This document shows positions 1 to 12,862 of a stretch of 64,000 bases of DNA, one piece after another; position 1 is the first letter of the stretch; each line of letters begins with the position of its first letter. The notes beneath the pieces are model-generated. The model was not told the DNA's origin and did not search any database. It saw only the letters and a program-made list of their open reading frames with translations. The position numbers and the translations under genes were made by a program. Source of the DNA: Squalus acanthias (lineage: Eukaryota); NCBI GenBank assembly GCA_030390025.1, contig CM059452.1, positions 7,998,001 through 8,062,000 on the forward strand, read 5' to 3'.

Positions 1-252
1 CAGGCAGCGCTCACTGAGTGATTGGCTTCACCTTCTGATACGTTATACCGTGGTTCAAAGGGTTTCAACTGAGCCATGAGCCTCACTTGAATCTCATTTC
101 AATATATGGCGGGTGTATTGTAGAGGGTGTCATTGGAGGGGAACAATGAGAGCAGGAAGTGACGTTGGACCAAAAGGCACCTCTGACGAGGTCGATTCTG
201 GTCCGGAATTTGGCTTTTAAACAGACCGACAGGTTCGGGCTCGGCAGCGGCC

Positions 253-707
253 ATGCGGATATTCAGCGCCTGGGTTGTGTTTGGGGTGTTTATTGTCGGT
301 AAGGATCAATCCAATTGTGTCGTGTTCAAACTAAAGTGTTAATATTATTTCAGCTTTTAATACTCGGTCTTATCTTGTTACTGAACACATGTTACAGATC
401 AGAGTGATGGAGATTCTGTTACTCAGTCCCAGAGTTCAGTCAGCAGGAGAGAAGGTGAAGCGGTGACTATAAGATGTACCTACAGTACCACAGCCAACGA
501 CTATTATTTATATTGGTACCGGGAACAACCAGAGAAGGAGCCCCAGTTTGTAATCAGGAGACGGTCTTGGGACACACAGGAACGGAGAGGAAAAGGTTTC
601 GGAATCCGGTTTTCTGCTCAGCTCCAGACCGCGACTAAATTCACCAGTTTAACCATCTCCGGGCTGCAGCTGACTGACGCTGCCGTGTATTACTGCACCC
701 TGGGACT
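253..707 (+). CDS. TCR alpha/delta V segment (leader 253-298, V exon 398-707), potentially functional
   Basis: Leader MRIFSAWVVFGVFIV|gtaagg; ag acceptor at 396-397; V domain with C23, W41 (YWYR) and YYC; RSS cacagtg 708-714 + 23 nt + acaaaaatt 738-746. Confidence 0.92.
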
Positions 708-1049
708 CACAGTGATGGAAAGCAGTCTCACTCCCGTACAAAAATTGCCATTGGACGGTACGGCGGAGCTCCTGTCTGTTGGGGTTGTGTAGAATCGCGG
801 GCAGATGCAGCCACAATGAGCAGCGCGCTGTCAGGCGCTCAAACACACACCGAGAGGAAACCAAATTAACCTCGGATCAAACTGTCACCCAACTGTTTCC
901 AGGAGCGGCCGAGAAAACAAACTGCAGAATCCAATCGGCCCAAATGATCGATCAGAGAATGAACCGACCGGTTAAACTGTCCTTTCTGCTTCTAATCAGC
1001 TGTTTTCCCTTTAAAATCATGGATCGATGTTCAGATTTGTTCCGAGAAA

Positions 1050-1505
1050 GTGGTCGCTTACACTCAAACGTCACTCAAATATCGCCGAAACAAGTCACCC
1101 AAACATGGCCGAAGGCACGTCACTCAAACATGGCCGACGGCACATCACTTCAACATGTCCGACAGCACGTCACACAAACATGGCCGACGTGCGTCACACA
1201 AACTGCAGACTGACGTCACGCAAACACAAAGCGGGAGAGTCTAACGCTGACTGAAGCTCAATGTTACATTACATATTCTTCAAGATTACAGAATAGAAAT
1301 GGGAGAAATGATTAATTGTACTTCAGTCATCTTTAATGTTTTGACGCCGATGATCCCTTCTGGCTGTACACGTTAATAAGTACCGTCTACAGCAAGTGCA
1401 GATTGACGTCACAGAGACTGCAGACTGACGTCACAGCGACTGCAGACTAACGTCACAGAGACTGCAGACTGACGCCATACAGACTGCAGCCTGCACGATG
1501 TCACC
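1050..1505. repeat. Short degenerate tandem repeats rich in CRE (TGACGTCA/ACGTCA) motifs
   Basis: acgtcac(a/t)caaacatggccg units at 1050-1230 and gactgcagactgacgtcaca units at 1400-1505; full TGACGTCA at 1211, 1404 and 1426. Confidence 0.7.
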
Positions 1506-2249
1506 AGGGGACATGGGAATAGGAAAATCTGTGGTTTGTGAAGGGAATGGAGGTGATGGGGAGAAATGAGCGAGAGGATAAGCAGAAAAGATGGGGATAA
1601 ATAGACGGAAAAAGCAGACGGGGAACGGAAAAACAAACAGTAGGTTCAAATTCTGAACTGGAACAATAGAAGTGATTGATTGAAAGGAATATCTGATCAA
1701 TGTACTCGTGCAGGTGAGTGAGCAACCCCTCGATGGATCAGCCCCACCCATGTCTGCTTGCCATCTTTAAGTATCTGAGCATTGTACATATACAAGTGAA
1801 TGAGGCCCCTCACTGTGGACCAGCTCAGTGTCTGTCTGCTCTCAATGGTTAAAGATTTGAGCAATGTAGCTGTGCAGGTGAATGAAGCCACCTCCATAGA
1901 TCAGCTCTTTGCCAGTCTGTACACTTTGAGAGGGAGATAGATAAAGGTGAGAATGAGTACAGTGAGACAGAGAGACACCAACAGAGGGAGATTGAGTCAG
2001 GCGTGTATTTATAAATATAAAGTCACAAAAAGGGAACAGTTTAATAAGGGTTGTGCTGACTATTCCCCCATGAGGATAACCCCGGAAGCCGTGCAGCGGG
2101 GTAAAGGGATCGGCACTGTTCTGTGTAATACAAATGGATAATGAGAGGGCTGATTAATCAAAACCTGACTGAGGTAGAGTGACTCACACGGACACTGGCA
2201 GAGAGAGTGACGCTGGCTGAACCTCAGGGACACACAAACAGATTGCAGA

Positions 2250-3062
2250 CTTTTTTTTATTCGTTAATGGGATGTGGGTGGCGCTGGCAAGACCAGCATC
2301 TATTTCCCATCTCTATTTGTCCTTGAGAAGGTGATGGTGAGCCGTCTTCTTGAACCGCTGCAGTCTGTGTGGTGAAGGTACTCCCACAGTGCTGTTAGGG
2401 AGGGAGTTCCAGGATTTTGACCCAGCGACAATGAAGGATCGGCGATATATTTCCATGTCGGGATGGTGTGTGCCTTGGAGGGTGGTGGTGTTCCCATGCA
2501 CCTGCTGCCTTTGTCCTTCTAGGTGGAAGAGGTCGCGGGTTTGGGAAGTGCTGCCGAAGAAGCCTTGGCGAGTTGCTGCAGTGCATCTTGTAGATAGTAC
2601 ACACTGCAGCCACGGTACGCTGGTGGTGGATGGAGTGAATGTTTAAGGTGGTGGATGGGGTGCCAATCAAGCGGGCTGCTTTGTCCTCAATGGTGTCGAG
2701 CTTCTTGACTGTTGTTGGAGCTGCAATCATCCAGGCAAGTGGAGAGTATTCCATCACACTCCTTACTTGTGCCTTGTAGATGGTGGAAAGGGGAGTCAGG
2801 AGGAGAGACACTCGCCGCAGAATACCTAGCCTCTGACGTGCTCTTGTTGCCACACCATGGACCAGTTAAGTTTACATAGAACATAGAACAGTACAGCACA
2901 GTACAGGCCCTTCGGCCCTCGATGTTGTGCCGAGCATTGTCCGAAACCAAGATCAAGCTATCCCACTCCCTATCATTCTGGTGCGCTCCATGTGCTTATC
3001 CAATAACCGTTTCTGGTCAATGGTGACCCCCGGGATGTTGATGGTGGGGGATTCGGCGATGG
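2250..3062 (-). mobile_element. 3' fragment of a CR1/L2-group non-LTR retrotransposon, with a nested CR1-type tail at ~2873-3010
   Basis: ORF 2395-2853 reads RQRLGILRR..YKAQVRSVMEYSPLAW..LDTIEDKAARLI (RT C-terminus); same family as 15600-16970. Confidence 0.8.
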
Positions 3063-3182
3063 TGTGGACATTAGTGACATAAATCGTTTTTTACAACAAT
3101 ACGATAGTTTCATGGTTACCATTACTGATACTAGCTTTTTATTTCAGATTTATTTTAATTAACTGAATTTAAACTGATAGTT

Positions 3183-3296
3183 CAGGGAAGTGGCGTTGAG
3201 GTAGAAGATCAGCCATGATCTTATTGAATGGCGGAGCAAGCTCGAAGGGCCAAATGGCCGACTCCTGCTGCTATTTCTTATGCTTTTATGTTCTTA
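3183..3296 (+). mobile_element. CR1 3' tail fragment
   Basis: gatcagccatgatcttattgaatggcggagca...tttcttatg matches the tail at 12030-12124. Confidence 0.8.
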
Positions 3297-3924
3297 GTCT
3301 TTTGTATTCAGTCGGTCCTCTGACTATCTGGCACGGAGCCAAGAACACACCATGTGTGTCCTTAGAGATTATTATTCGATTAATGTTTGTTCATCAGCTT
3401 CTTCTCTTGTCCTGAATTTGACCTTCTGGAACCTGCTTTTACTGCAGTTTCACTTTATATATGGGCAAGTCTCTATAATTTTGAGAAATGTTCAATAAAG
3501 TTATTAGAATTATACGGGTCTTCCCCACCCGACCTATCTCTGTCTACACTGTAGACTGATATTTTAAACCAATCATTATTTGTCCGTTTGCCGTGAGTTA
3601 TATCCGAAGCAGCGGTGCACCAGTTGCAGTACCCGCAGGTGTGTTTATTCTCAATGGGACTGGCGCTTCCTAAAGATACAGAAATACACATCAACCATTT
3701 TTGATCTCATGCAGTTAATACAATAATCAGACGGAATCAGTATTCGATGTGAACGGTTTTATATGAGTTTGATGTGGATTCTGCTCGGGGTCTGCGCGCA
3801 CAGGAATGTAGTCACGTGTCAGTGTCTGACCCGCTGTGATAAACAGCCCACAACAGGCAGCAGCTGTGACCCAGAAACCTGCGGCAGTTATTGGACGAGG
3901 CTTTAGCTCGTTCCCATCACTGTG

Positions 3925-4228
3925 AGCCTCAGTGCACAGTAATACACCGCGGTGTCAGTCAGCCGCAGCCCCGAGATGGTCAATCGGTACAACTTGTCTG
4001 ACTGCTGGACTGTATCAGAAAACCGGCCTTGAGCGAAATCCGCCTGATATTCAGCACCGCCGCTCGTGTACCTCCGGACTGCAAACTCGGGCTGTCTGCC
4101 TGGGTATTGGCGGTACCAGAACAAGTAATAACCATCGCCAGGATAGGTGTAGGTTAAAGTGGCCTCTTCTCCCTCTGTCTGTGTGAGCGAGGACTCCCGC
4201 TGAGTAACAGAATCTCCATCGCTCAGAT
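3925..4228 (-). pseudogene. TCR V exon, open frame but C23->Y; leader not found
   Basis: DSVTQRESSLTQTEGEEATLTYTYPGDGYYLFWYRQ...TAVYYCALRL; RSS cacagtg 3924-3918 + 23 + ccaataact; a CR1 tail fragment (~4330-4590) lies where the leader is expected. Confidence 0.8.
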
Positions 4229-5311
4229 CTGGAACACACGGTTAAAGAAAGCGGAAATCATCGGTTAAAGGTTCAAACTGAACCAACTGACGGTGAAAAT
4301 GCGCAGCGAGTTTTACATAAAATTAAATAGAATTTACTGCACAGAAAAAGGTAATTTGTCCCAACCAGTCTATGCCGTGTTTATGCTCCACACGAGCCTC
4401 CACCCAGCCTTCTTCATCTCCCCCTATCAACATATCCTTCTATTCCTTTCTCCCTCGTGTACTTATCTAACTTCCCCTTCAATGAATCTATGCTGTTCGC
4501 CTCAACTATTGCTTGTGGCAGCGGATTCTACATTCTAACCTTGGTAAAGACGTTTCTCCAGAATTCACCATTGGATTTTTTGTGATTATGTAGATGAAGA
4601 TGTTCAGCGTGTTTCTCTCACTGTCAGTAATCAGGCTGAGGTGGTTGACGGGGCTCGGGTTTGATTAACCTTCTGCTGGGGACAAACAAGGGGAAGATTT
4701 CCTCTGGTCTTCCAAACACAGCGGGAAATCTCGTCCGATCGCTAGTTTAGTAGAATCGTCATTCATTGTTTTAGAACGCGTTCACTATGTCACTAGAAGT
4801 AGCGACCAGAGGAAATCTACCACTCAGAGCGGACACCTCGGTGTAGACACGAATATCACAGGAGAATGAGATTATTGCTCTCGGTGAGCCGTCACACACC
4901 GTCAGAAATTAAACCAACACTCAGAAAAGGGAAGGTTTAGAACCCTTTGAATATAATCCCAAATCTAAGCAAAGCTGCACACTTCTGTGCTGGTGTAAGG
5001 GGTGTGAAATGAAATAAACACAGCGGCAGTGAGGAGGGAAACTTGAAATTGAACAGACATTACACGGTACATTGGCCTATTAAACCTGCGCGGGTTTCCT
5101 CCTGTTCATCCCTCATTATAGAGTGAATGAAATCTAAAACCATACTCCTCTATTAAGTGCTGCTGGGAGCTGCCCTGTGGGAATATTCTGTCCTGACAGT
5201 AACTGTCCTAATCAGACCATCACAGGCGGGTATTCCGGCCACACACTGTTCTATTTACACACGGTGTGCTGCAGTTTTTGTACAGGACGGGCACAGAGCT
5301 GTGCAGCTGTG

Positions 5312-5755
5312 GGTCTCAGAGCGCAGTAATACAGGGCGCCGTCTGACAGCTCCGCCCCAGAAATTGTCAGTCGAACCGCGCTCTCCTCTGCGCTCAGCTC
5401 TGCTGTGAAACGGTCCTTGGCGAAGTCGGCTGGGAAGGTGCCGTATTTGGTGATAAACAACACGTTCACCGGAGGCCGAGCGGGAAGTTGCCGGTACCAG
5501 AAAAGCTCAGGGTTTGTATCTGTTGTTTTAAAACTACAATTCAGCGTCACCGCTTCTCCTTCCCGCACCATCCTGGTCGAATAGTCTTGGTGCACGGAAT
5601 CGCCGCCAACGCTATTGGCTGGAAGAGAAAATAATCATTTACAAATATCCGCACCACTAACCGGACCTATTGATGTGTTTTCTGCTCGGATTCCACATGT
5701 ACTTACACAGCACAGAGAGCGCCAACACCACACTGAAATAAACAGGGAAATACAT
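5312..5755 (-). CDS. TCR alpha/delta V segment (leader 5755-5707, V exon 5618-5312)
   Basis: Leader MYFPVYFSVVLALSVL|gtaagt; V with LNC, FWYRQ and YYCALRP; RSS cacagct + 23 + acaaaaact (5311-5273). Confidence 0.9.
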
Positions 5756-6909
5756 CGCTGTCCGCGGGTCACAATATGAGCATCGACCCCTTCTCTGCTG
5801 TCGCAAAAACTGCCACCAGTACAGGACCAGGCTGAACTATTTAAACCTGTGACAAGCATAGAAAGGAAAGTGACCCTGCAACAATGTCACATCCGTTTGG
5901 GATAATTTCACACCATCAGGGAGCAGGGAGTGTGTGCAGCAACATCCGAAATATTTCAATGGAGATTCCTCTGGTCGGTATTTCTAGGGAAATCTTAAAC
6001 GATTCCTTTTTTAACTACTTAATTGCAAAAAGAACGTATTTAAGATTAATTTAGAGAGAGACTAGAGGAAATCTTCGTGGAACGATTTAAGATTCGCTGC
6101 ACTCAGTGAACAGAGACACTATCCCCCTTCCTTAGTTCATTGCATGTAGCAGTGACACTTTTCATAGACAGTGTTGAGCTGCCCTTAGCGTTACCCGGGG
6201 AAAATAAATGATGTTTTGATATAGCAAATAAAGACCGAGAGACTATGGAAATTCGCTCCACGGCGCCACCAATTGGACGGAGCCAGAAACTACATGCTGA
6301 CTGCTCTCCTTGGTCACTGTTACCGCCCAGTGTCTCTTTAACTCTCCTTCTGAGCTCATTTCATAGACATAGAATCTTACAGCACAGAAGGTGACCTTTG
6401 CCCGAACGTGCCTGTGCTGTTAGTACCACTGCCCTGCTCTTTCCACATAGCCCTGAAAATGTTTCCTTTTCAAGTATATATCAAATTCCCTTTTGCAAAT
6501 TCCTTTTTATAGGAAGGCAGCATCCTACACAAGAGTTGCACCAATATATAGAGAGATAATGTTGACCTTTGGTCCGCGGAAATTGCTCGGTCCGCCTCTG
6601 TGTGTGTGTGTCTCCCCAATCTCTATGTAAAGATGAGAGATAATTATATAGAAAAATAATAAAAGGAAGACAGAAGGAGGATGTAAAGTTTGGTTTGTAA
6701 TATTGGAAAATAATGACCGGTTGAAGCTGTTCCTGGTAACCTCGCCACAAGCAGGCTGTTTAAAATCGATTCAATATACCCATGTGAGTTTGTTGTAAAG
6801 TGTTTGTGCAACAGAGCAGCAGCAGGTTATTCGGAAAGAGACGGACAGAAGTTCCTCGCAGGTCTCTGTCTCTCTCTCACTGTGAAGCCTGAATTATCGC
6901 TTCTGTGAG

Positions 6910-6926
6910 AGCGCCCTCTGGTGAGC
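6910..6926 (-). promoter_or_regulatory. CTCF-like motif just beyond a V RSS
   Basis: gctcaccagagggcgct on the - strand, ~24 nt past the nonamer. Confidence 0.65.
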
Positions 6927-6989
6927 ACTAACTGGAACTCTCAGTGTGGGGTTTTTGTACGGGATCCGCTGTGTCTCTGCAGCAGTGTG

Positions 6990-7487
6990 GGTCTCATGGC
7001 ACAGAAATACACGGCGGTGTCGGAGATCAGGGCGTTGCTGATCGTTAGCTCGGTAATCGTGGTAGTTTTATTAAATGTAGAAGAGAATCGGTCTATGTCA
7101 GTGAAGTCGCGGTTCCTGTTTACTATCCCTGCAATAATATAAACCACGTACTGTGGAGGCTGCCCGGGGTGCTGACTGTACCAGAACACTGCAGGGCTAA
7201 GATCGCTTGTTTTCACGGTGCAGGTTAGAGTGACATTACTTTCCTCTTCAACTGTCATTTCAGGAACCGGCTGTTCCACTGTGTCTTGGCGGCTCCATTC
7301 TAAAATGACATAATAGTAATATTCACCATCATCATCACCTCAATCAACATAACCATCATCATCACAATTTTCACCAATATTAACATCTGGGTTACAGCAG
7401 TCGGGGGAAGAATGCATTTTTCCTGGGAAGGCAATACTTACTGAGAAGTGATATAATGATGAGGAGCGGTGCGAGACGGTTCCGCAT
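6990..7487 (-). CDS. TCR alpha/delta V segment (leader 7487-7442, V exon 7299-6990)
   Basis: Leader MRNRLAPLLIIISLL|gtaagt; V with LTC, FWYSQ and YFCAMRP; RSS cacactg + 24 + acaaaaacc (6989-6950); inverted paralog of 14985-15447. Confidence 0.9.
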
Positions 7488-8313
7488 GATGCTCCCTGAG
7501 TCTGTAACTCTGCAGTCCCGGAAATCCTCTGTCGGAGCAGAAATACAGATCCCCGCCCCACTACACTGCTAATCCAACCAATGCCAAACAAGGAACAGAG
7601 GCAGCAATCCCTCCAATAACACAGGGCAGGCAAGGCGGGTCAGAGCGAGAGCAGCAAACGGAAGCTGTGGGCGGGACTGCCGCGGGCAGTGTCACCGCAA
7701 GATTTGTCTCTATAATTTCCAGTTGATAACGGCCAGAAACATGTGACCACGGCGCCCTCTGGGGGTGACCCGGGACTGTACACTGTCAGCATCATGGGCA
7801 GAGTAAAGTGTCAGTTTATCTCCGGGACAGTTGCCAGCGGCTTGATATTGGGAGTCACGTTTCAGACAATTCAACTGTGTAAATAGGGCGAAGGGAAATG
7901 TGAGTGAATTTAAAGGATTTTACATTATTTCTGAACCACTTTCTTTATGGCTTTCTCTTACCTTTTAGGTTTGTGTTTCTCACTCGTTATTTCTCACTTT
8001 CGTTCATTTCTCTTTCCCTCCTTTCCAAATTTGCTGTCCTCTACACTCTCGTTATTTCACCGCTTTTTCTCTTTCTCTCCCTCGTACTCTGCTTTCTCTC
8101 TCTTTCCCTCTGTCATGTTTCCAACTCTCTTCATTTCTCACTTTCTTTAAATCTCTCTCTTCAATATATCATCATTTTTCTGTGCTCAGTCCCTCTGCCC
8201 TCCGATTATTATAACCGGGCCCCTCCCAATCCCGTTACTCCAAACACAGCAGAGCGGCGCTCCCCCTCGGGGCAGGTTTCTGTGCGGACTCTCCGCCTGT
8301 TTGTTACACTGTG

Positions 8314-8647
8314 GGCTCACGGCGCAGAGATAGGTGGCGCTGTCTGTCACTCGCGCGTCTCTCACAGTCAGGGCACTGAGTTTATTGCCTCCCCCGATTG
8401 AAGCAGTGATCCTCCCGTGTTGATCGGTCCCGCTTGTGGCCATCACCAGATGCTGGAGGGTCTGATCCGGGTTCTGTCTGTACCAGTGCAGGACGTTAAA
8501 GCCAGCGGTAGCGGAGCAGTTGATGGACACGATTCCCTCTTCACTAACAACCACCCGCCGAGGGAGCTGCTTCACCTCATCTTCACCGCTCACATCCGTG
8601 CAGATCAGAGTGTAAATCAGCAGGGAAACTCTGTAAATCCGGAGCAT
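8314..8647 (-). CDS. TCR V segment with an apparent intronless signal peptide
   Basis: MLRIYRVSLLIYTLICTDVSG runs in frame into EDEVKQ..INC..HWYRQ..TYLCAVS; RSS cacagtg + 23 + acagaaacc (8313-8275); same family as 30523-31027. Confidence 0.8.
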
Positions 8648-8823
8648 TATCCGATCAGATGAAAAGGAGGCTGAAAGAATTGTACACAGAGGTCGGGTTA
8701 GAACCAGGACTCTGATATTATATTCAGGAGAATTAGCAAGCAGACAAACTCCCATTCATGTCCAACTCAGAGGCTTCTTCCTGTCGAACTGACGAAACCT
8801 GCTGCGTCTCGGGCTTTAAAAAC

Positions 8824-9237
8824 CCCGGGCCGCCCACACTCAGAGTCTCACTGACACCAGCTCACACTGTCTCTGAGCTCACACCGGGCCGCCACACTCA
8901 GTGTTTCTCACTGACACCAGCTCACACTGTCTCTGAGCTCACACCGGGCCGCTCACACTCAGTGTTTCTCACTGACACCAGCTCACACTGTCTCTGAGCT
9001 CACACCGGGCCGCCCACACTCAGTGTTTCTCACTGACACCAGCTCACACTGTCTCTGAGCTCACACCGGGCCGCCCACACTCAGTGTTTCTCACTGACAC
9101 CAGCTCACACTGTCTCTGAGCTCACACCGGGCCGCCCACACTCAGTGTTTCTCACTGACACCAGCTCACACTGTCTCTGAGCTCACACCGGGCCGCCCAC
9201 ACTCAGTGTTTTTCACTGACACCAGCTCACACTGTCT
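8824..9237. repeat. 61-bp tandem repeat (~7 units), left part
   Basis: Unit caccgggccgcccacactcagtgtttctcactgacaccagctcacactgtctctgagctca. Confidence 0.95.
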
Positions 9238-12124
9238 CAGGACAGGCAGGAAGGAAGGGGAGGTGGGGTGGCTATGTTAATAAAGGAAGGAATCATTGTA
9301 ATACAGAGTAATGATATTGGGTCAAAAAATCATGATAATGAAACAGTTTGGGTGGAGATAAGGAATAATAAGGGGAAAAAAACATTAGTGGGCGTAGTCT
9401 ATAGGCCTCCGAACAGTTGCAACTCTATTGGACGGAGTATCAATCAGGAAATAGTTGAGGCATGTAATAAGGGAACATCTATAATTATGGGGGATTTTAA
9501 CTATCATATTAATTGGACAAATCAAATGGGGCAGGGCTGCCTTGAGGATGAGTTCATTGAGTGTATTAGGGATGGGTTTCTTGAGCAGTATGTAACTGAA
9601 CCGACCAGGGGGCAAGCAACCTTAGATCTGGTCCTGTGTAACGAGACAGGATTAATTAAAAATGTCCTAGTAAAGGATCCCCTTGGAATGAGTGACCATA
9701 ACATGGTTGAATTCCATATTCAATTAGAGGGTGAGAAGGTTGGATCTCAAACAAGCGTGCTAAGCTTGAATAAAGGAGACTATGAAGGTATGCGAGCGGA
9801 ATTGAGTAGAGTGGATTGGGAAAATAGATTAAAGGGTAAGACGACACATGATCAGTGGTGTACATTCAAGGAGTTATTTTACAACTTCCAAAAAAAATAT
9901 ATTCCACTGAAAAGAAAAGGGTGTAAAAGAAAGGACAGTCATCCGTGGCTAAGTAAAGAAATTAAGGATAGTATTCGACTAAAAACAAGGGCATATAAGG
10001 TAGCGAAATCTAGTGGGAGGACAGAGGATTGGGAAAACTTTAAAAGGCAGCAAAAAATAACAATAAGATTGATTAAGAAAGGGAAGATAGATTATGAAAG
10101 TAAATTAGCAAAAAATATAAAAACAGATAGTAAGAGTTTTTATAGTTATATAAAAAGAAAAAGGGTGGCTAAAGTAAATGTTGGTCCCTTAGAGGATGAG
10201 ACCGGGAAATTAATGGTGGGAAATATGGAGATGGCAAAAACACTGAATGAATATTTTGTATCAGTCTTTACAGCAGAGGACACTAAGAATATCCCAACAC
10301 TGGACAAACAGGGGGCTATAGGGGGAGAGGAGCTAAACACGATCAAAATCACTAAGGAAGTGGTACTCGGTAAAATAATGGGACTCAAGGCGGATAAATC
10401 ACCTGGACCTGATGGCTTACATCCTAGAGTCTTGAAGGAAGTGGCGGTAGGGATTGTAGATGCATTGGTAATAATTTTTCAAAACTCCCTGGATTCCGCT
10501 AAGGTCCCGGCAGACTGGAAAACTGCTAATGTAACACCCTTATTTAAAAAGGGCAGTAGACAGAAGGCTGGTAACTATAGACCGGTTAGCCTAACATCTG
10601 TGGTAGGTAAAATTTTGGAGTCCATTATTAAGGAAACAGTAACAGGACATTTGGATAATCATAATTTAATAGGACAAAGTCAGCATGGTTTTACGAAGGG
10701 GAAGTCATGTTTGACAAATTTGCTGGAGTTCTTTGAGGAAGTAACATATAGAGTGGATAAAGGGGAACCAGTGGACGTAGTGTATTTAGACTTCCAAAAG
10801 GCATTTGACAAGGTGCCACACAAAAGATTATTGCTTAAGGTAAAAAATCACGGGATTGGGGGTAATATTCTGGCATGGATAGAGGATTGGCTATCTAACA
10901 GAAAGCAAAGAGTTGGGATAAATGGTTCATTCTCAGACTGGCAATCAGTAACTAGTGGTGTTCCACAGGGGTCAGTGCTGGGTCCCCAACTCTTCACAAT
11001 CTATATTAACGATTTGGAGGAAGGGACCAAGTGTAACATATCAAAATTTGCAGATGATACAAAGATGGGAGGGAAAGTAGTGAGTGAGGAGGACATAAAA
11101 AACCTGCAAGGGGACATAGACAGGCTAAGTAAGTGGGCAGAGATTTGGCAGATGGAATACAACACTGGAAAGTGTGAGGTGATGCACTTTGGCAGGAAAA
11201 ATCCTAGAGCAATTTATTATCTTAATGGCAAGAAACTGGAGAGTACTGAAGTGCAAAGGGATCTGGGGGTCCTGGTGCACGAAACTCAAAAGGTTAGTAT
11301 GCAGGTGCAGCAAGTGATTAAGAAGGCAAATGGAATGTTGGCTTTCATTGCTAGGGGGATAGAATATAAAAATAGGGAGGTATTGCTTCAGTTGTACAAG
11401 GTATTGGTGAGACCGCACCTGGAATACTGCATACAGTTTTGGTGTCCTTACTTAAGGAAAGACATCCTTGCTCTCGAGGCAGTGCAACAAAGGTTCACTC
11501 GGTTAATCCCGGGGATGAGGGGGTGGTCATATGAGGAGAGGTTGGGTAGATTGGGACTCTACTCATTGGAGTTCAGAAGAATGAGAGGCGATCTTATTGA
11601 AACATATAAGATTGTGAAGGGGTTGGATCGGGTGGATGCGGGGAGGATGTTCCCGATGACGGGTGAGACGAGAACTAGGGGACATAGTCTTAGAATAAGG
11701 GGCTGCTCTTTCAAAACTGAGATGAGGAGGAACTACTTCACTCAGAGGGTGGTAGGTCCATGGAATATGCTGCCACAAAAAGCTGTAGAAGCTACAACAT
11801 TAATTAAATTTAAAACAGAAATAGACAGTTTCCTAGAAGTAAAGGGCATTAAGGGTTACGGGGAGCGGGCAGGAATTTGGACATGAGTCTAGGTTCGGAT
11901 CGGTCATGGCCCTGTGGGTAGTGGAGCGGGCCCAGGGACTGTGTAGCCTGATTCTGCTCCTATTTCGTGTGTGCAATTCTGTTAGATGCAGGAGATGGTT
12001 CTGTGACAGATAGTAGATTGGCGGTTAGGATCAGATCAGCCATGATCTTATTGAATGGCGGAGCAGGCTCGAGGGGCCGATTGGCCTACTCCTGCTCCTA
12101 TTTCTTATGTTCTTATGTTCTTAT
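9238..12124 (+). mobile_element. 5'-truncated CR1 LINE with an uninterrupted 872-aa ORF2 portion (partial APE endonuclease + RT, 9268-11886)
   Basis: [40 protein letters not shown] and FADDTK motifs; (ttcttatg)n tail; inserted into the 61-bp array. Confidence 0.95.
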
Positions 12125-12263
12125 GAGCTCACACCGGGCCGCCCACACTCAGTGTTTCTCACTGACACCAGCTCACACTGTCTCTGAGCTCACACCGGGC
12201 CGCCCACACTCAGTGTTTCTCACTGACACCAGCTCACACTGTCTCTGAGCTCACACCGGGCCG
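12125..12263. repeat. 61-bp tandem repeat, right part (~2 units)
   Basis: The same unit resumes after the CR1 tail. Confidence 0.92.
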
Positions 12264-12862
12264 CAGTACAACGGCCCCTCCTCACGTTAACGGTGAGCCC
12301 TATTTTCGACATAGTATTCGGTATCTTTTAAACAGAATCTGACAAATTATTAAGCAGCAGTGTTGGTTCACACCGCCCTCTTGTGACTGTTTTCTGACGC
12401 ACATTTCAACTTTCGGTGCAATGAATGTAACGTGGATTGGTCTGTCTGGACACCGCGAGATTTATTTTGGCCCGTTTGTACGTGTCGTGTGAAAGACAGA
12501 ATGGAGACACTCTTCAGGAATTCATTCTCAATGAATCTTAATATGTTAAAACACAAAAAGGTGATTAAGCCCATCAAGTCTTCACTTCCGTTCTCGCATC
12601 CTGTGCTTTAATAATTCTCTCAGTACCCAATATGCTTCTTTATAAAAGAATAATTGATGGAGTCTGCGTCACTAACGGTGTCTGGCAGAGAATTCCAGCT
12701 TCTCACCTCCCTTAAATAGGAATGTTTTTGAAGAATGAACTTCAGTCCGAAGGATTTTTTCCCTCTTTCCGAGCAGTTCCGGGATGTGTCCAGGACATTG
12801 TGGGTGAGGCCGGTAACGGTCAGACAGAATCCTCACCCATTCCCGGGATCGGATGATCAGAT

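Noticed and set aside
4600-4700. Acceptor-like site followed by QKVNQT on the - strand, a possible V relic
   Set aside because: Too short, immediate stop, no Cys/Trp or RSS
7904-8401. Hydrophobic 165-aa ORF (and similar ORFs at 34551-35094 and 38122-38441)
   Set aside because: Translation of CT/GA low-complexity tracts
8824-9237. 61-bp array as a second RSS array (cacactg/cacactc heptamer-like)
   Set aside because: No nonamer at 12 or 23 nt
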